This document shows, in pieces, positions 62,319 through 64,000 of a stretch of DNA of 64,000 nucleotides. The position numbers were made by a program, and so were the translations under genes. The notes below the pieces were generated by a model. It made no database searches, had not been told where the DNA came from, and saw nothing but the letters and a program-made list of their open reading frames with translations. This stretch comes from an uncultured Dehalococcoides sp. (GTDB taxonomy: Bacteria > Chloroflexota > Dehalococcoidia > UBA2979), in the NCBI GenBank assembly GCA_964628985.1, contig CAZVNJ010000001.1, positions 21,477 through 85,476 of the forward strand. Direction: 5' to 3'. Numbering within the stretch: position 1 is the first letter of the stretch; every line of letters starts with the position of its first letter.

Positions 62319-63839
62319 CTAGGAGTCTGAGAGAGCGTCGAGGCGCACACTCTCCAGGTTTGGGATCGCTGGGCCTCGCAGCACCTGGCCGTCGCAGTCG
62401 AATGACGAGCCGTGGCAGGAGCAATCCCAGGTCGCCATGGCACGGTTCCACCCGAGCAGACAGCCCATGTGAGTGCACTCAGCGCTCACCGCATGCAGCG
62501 ATCCCTGGGCGTCCCGCGACACGGCGACCGGTTTGCCATCGACCTCGAAGACCTCGCCGTCACCTGGCTGGAGCACCGCAAGGTTGAGGGGTGCGCGCGA
62601 TCCGAATCGCCCCGCCAACCAGGCTTTCGCAGTCGGCATGTTCCCACGCACGAGATCGTCCAGCGCGCGGACCGGGACTGTCCGAGTTGAGTCGAATGTC
62701 GGGGCCCATTCGTGCTGGCGCCCGTCGATGGCCGTCGCAAGGATCTGCCCCGCGACAATGCTGTTGGTGATCCCCCACCCGCTGAACCCCGTCGCCACGT
62801 ACAGGTGCTCGTCCCCTGATGTCAGGCGACCGACATAGGGGATGCCATCGACCGACTCGAAGTCCTCGTTCCACCATCGATAGCGGACGTCACCGATGGG
62901 GAAGTGTTCTTGCACAAAGGCCTCAAGGCTCCTGAAGCCCTCGTCGGTGTCTTCCAGGCCCGGCCGGAACCGCGGCCCGAGTGCGATCAGCCAGGCCTGC
63001 CCGTCGCTGTCACGATGCCAGCGCAGTGAATGTGTCGGGTCGTCCACGGAGATGAACATGCCGCCCGGGAGGTCGCTGTCAAACGGCGCGGCAATGGCAA
63101 GATGTGCGATCGGGAGGGCCTTTGCGAAGTACTGGCCGCGGTCGAGGATTGGGAGATTGGTCGCGAGCACAGCGTCGCGTGCCGTGACCGTCCCATGCTG
63201 GGTCTTCACCCGCACATCCGGCCCATCGGTGCCGATGTCGATCACCCGCGTGTGTTCGTAGATCTCGACACCGCCGGCCGCGAGGCGGCGTGCCTCCGCC
63301 AGGGCGTAAGCGTAGGGGTCGAACTGGGCCTGCTCTTCGAAGACGACGGCGCCGACTGCGGAGACGGGCAGCGGGACTCCGGTCGTGAAACGGGCTGGGA
63401 GGCCAAACCCGGCCGCGGCTTCAGCCTCCTGCTGTAACTCCTCGACTCGCGATTCGTCGGCGGTGTAGGTGTACGCAGGCTGACGGCTGAACGAGCAGTC
63501 GATCTCGAACTCGCGGATGCGCTGCGCCAGCCACTCGAGCGCGGAGGCGTTTGCGTGCGCATAGGTCCGCGCGGTGTCCGACCCGAAGGTGGTGGTGAGA
63601 CGCCGGTAGATCAGGCTGTGCTGCGCCGTGATCTTGGCCGACGAACCGCCCGTCGTCTGGCGTCCGACTGCACGAGCTTCGAGGAGCGCGACTCGGCGAC
63701 CCTGCGCCTGGAGCATCGAGGCCGTCGTGAGGCCCGCGATTCCACCACCGACCACCGCTACATCGACCTGACGGTCGCCGTCCAAAGCGGGGAACTCGGG
63801 ACGCTCACGCGCCGTCCACAGGGTGGTCCCGTCCTTCAT
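62319..63839 (-). CDS. FAD-dependent oxidoreductase fused to a C-terminal Rieske [2Fe-2S] domain
   Basis: DVAVVGGGIAGL dinucleotide motif. Rieske ligands CTHMGC..CSCHGS sit near the C-terminus. Confidence 0.85.
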   Translation of the reverse strand: MKDGTTLWTARERPEFPALDGDRQVDVAVVGGGIAGLTTASMLQAQGRRVALLEARAVGRQTTGGSSAKITAQHSLIYRRLTTTFGSDTARTYAHANASALEWLAQRIREFEIDCSFSRQPAYTYTADESRVEELQQEAEAAAGFGLPARFTTGVPLPVSAVGAVVFEEQAQFDPYAYALAEARRLAAGGVEIYEHTRVIDIGTDGPDVRVKTQHGTVTARDAVLATNLPILDRGQYFAKALPIAHLAIAAPFDSDLPGGMFISVDDPTHSLRWHRDSDGQAWLIALGPRFRPGLEDTDEGFRSLEAFVQEHFPIGDVRYRWWNEDFESVDGIPYVGRLTSGDEHLYVATGFSGWGITNSIVAGQILATAIDGRQHEWAPTFDSTRTVPVRALDDLVRGNMPTAKAWLAGRFGSRAPLNLAVLQPGDGEVFEVDGKPVAVSRDAQGSLHAVSAECTHMGCLLGWNRAMATWDCSCHGSSFDCDGQVLRGPAIPNLESVRLDALSDS

Positions 63840-64000
63840 CGCGCACCTCGCAACCTCCAACATGGAGCCGGGGGGGCGAACGTAAGCCGCTTGGTCGTGC
63901 GGAGACGCAAATCAGATCCGGGAGGTGTCGCGAAATGGTGTCGGGGAGGGCCGCTCGGCTAGCGGTCCGCGGCCAGCATCGGGTGGTGACGGGGAGCGCG

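Noticed and set aside
62279-62335. 11-bp direct repeat GTCTGAGAGAG (62280-62290 and 62325-62335) at the convergent junction of the glycosyltransferase and FAD/Rieske genes
   Set aside because: One copy lies inside the 3' coding end of the Rieske-fusion gene. There is no T-tract or convincing terminator structure. It may be a small duplication scar, but I cannot attach a function.
63960-64000. Possible 3' end of another - strand gene at the window edge (in-frame stop, complement of CTA at 63960-63962)
   Set aside because: Only about 13 codons are visible. This is insufficient evidence to call a gene or a product.
1-64000. Search by eye for tRNA/rRNA genes, CRISPR arrays, transposase/integrase genes and terminal inverted repeats
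   Set aside because: No intergenic gap shows tRNA-like T-arm/anticodon architecture. There are no regularly spaced 25-40-bp repeats and no recombinase-like ORFs. Absence is based on visual inspection only; tRNAscan-SE, Infernal and ISfinder searches would be decisive.

Overview
GC-rich, gene-dense chromosomal segment with genes on both strands. I call about 58 protein-coding genes. I found no rRNA, tRNA, CRISPR array, transposase/integrase or recognisable defence genes. Many long 'ORFs' in the track are antisense or upstream-extension artefacts typical of GC-rich DNA and are rejected below.

Content falls into five groups:
- Acyl-CoA metabolism: two carboxyltransferases, a DUF35/thiolase pair, three family-III (CaiB-type) CoA-transferases, a fused 3-oxoacid CoA-transferase, two crotonases and an epimerase-like VOC protein.
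- Redox enzymes: three luciferase-like (LLM, F420-type) oxidoreductases, an SDR, a sulfite-oxidase-like Mo enzyme, a lone xanthine-dehydrogenase-family Mo subunit and an FAD/Rieske fusion.
- Transporters: two ABC exporter pairs, MFS, APC, and a metal-binding protein next to a YibE/F membrane protein.
- Secreted proteins: a class F sortase and a metzincin protease.
- An unusually dense signalling region.

The LLM/F420-type enzymes and the class F sortase suggest an Actinomycetota- or Chloroflexota-like host. This is inference only.

The most interesting locus is 48.1-50.6 kb. It is a translationally coupled three-gene operon. The central gene encodes a SipW/archaeal-type (Ser-His) signal peptidase fused to a large multi-TM C-terminal module of unknown function. 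It is flanked by two small exported proteins that share an N-terminal 'TASN(T/S)(V/I)P' motif immediately after the hydrophobic segment; one of them carries an 18-residue-period RTX-like beta-roll. The operon sits among a divergent small wHTH regulator, a receiver-HD-GYP (c-di-GMP phosphodiesterase-type) protein, a LuxR-type response regulator with a PAS kinase that has a degenerate ATP-binding site, and a large sensor kinase with an extracytoplasmic sensor region, HAMP and a GAF-like region. I interpret it as a candidate dedicated-peptidase surface-fibre or matrix secretion module analogous to tapA-sipW-tasA; it is not established.

Several short direct or inverted repeat arrays in regulator-associated intergenic regions are reported as candidate operators.
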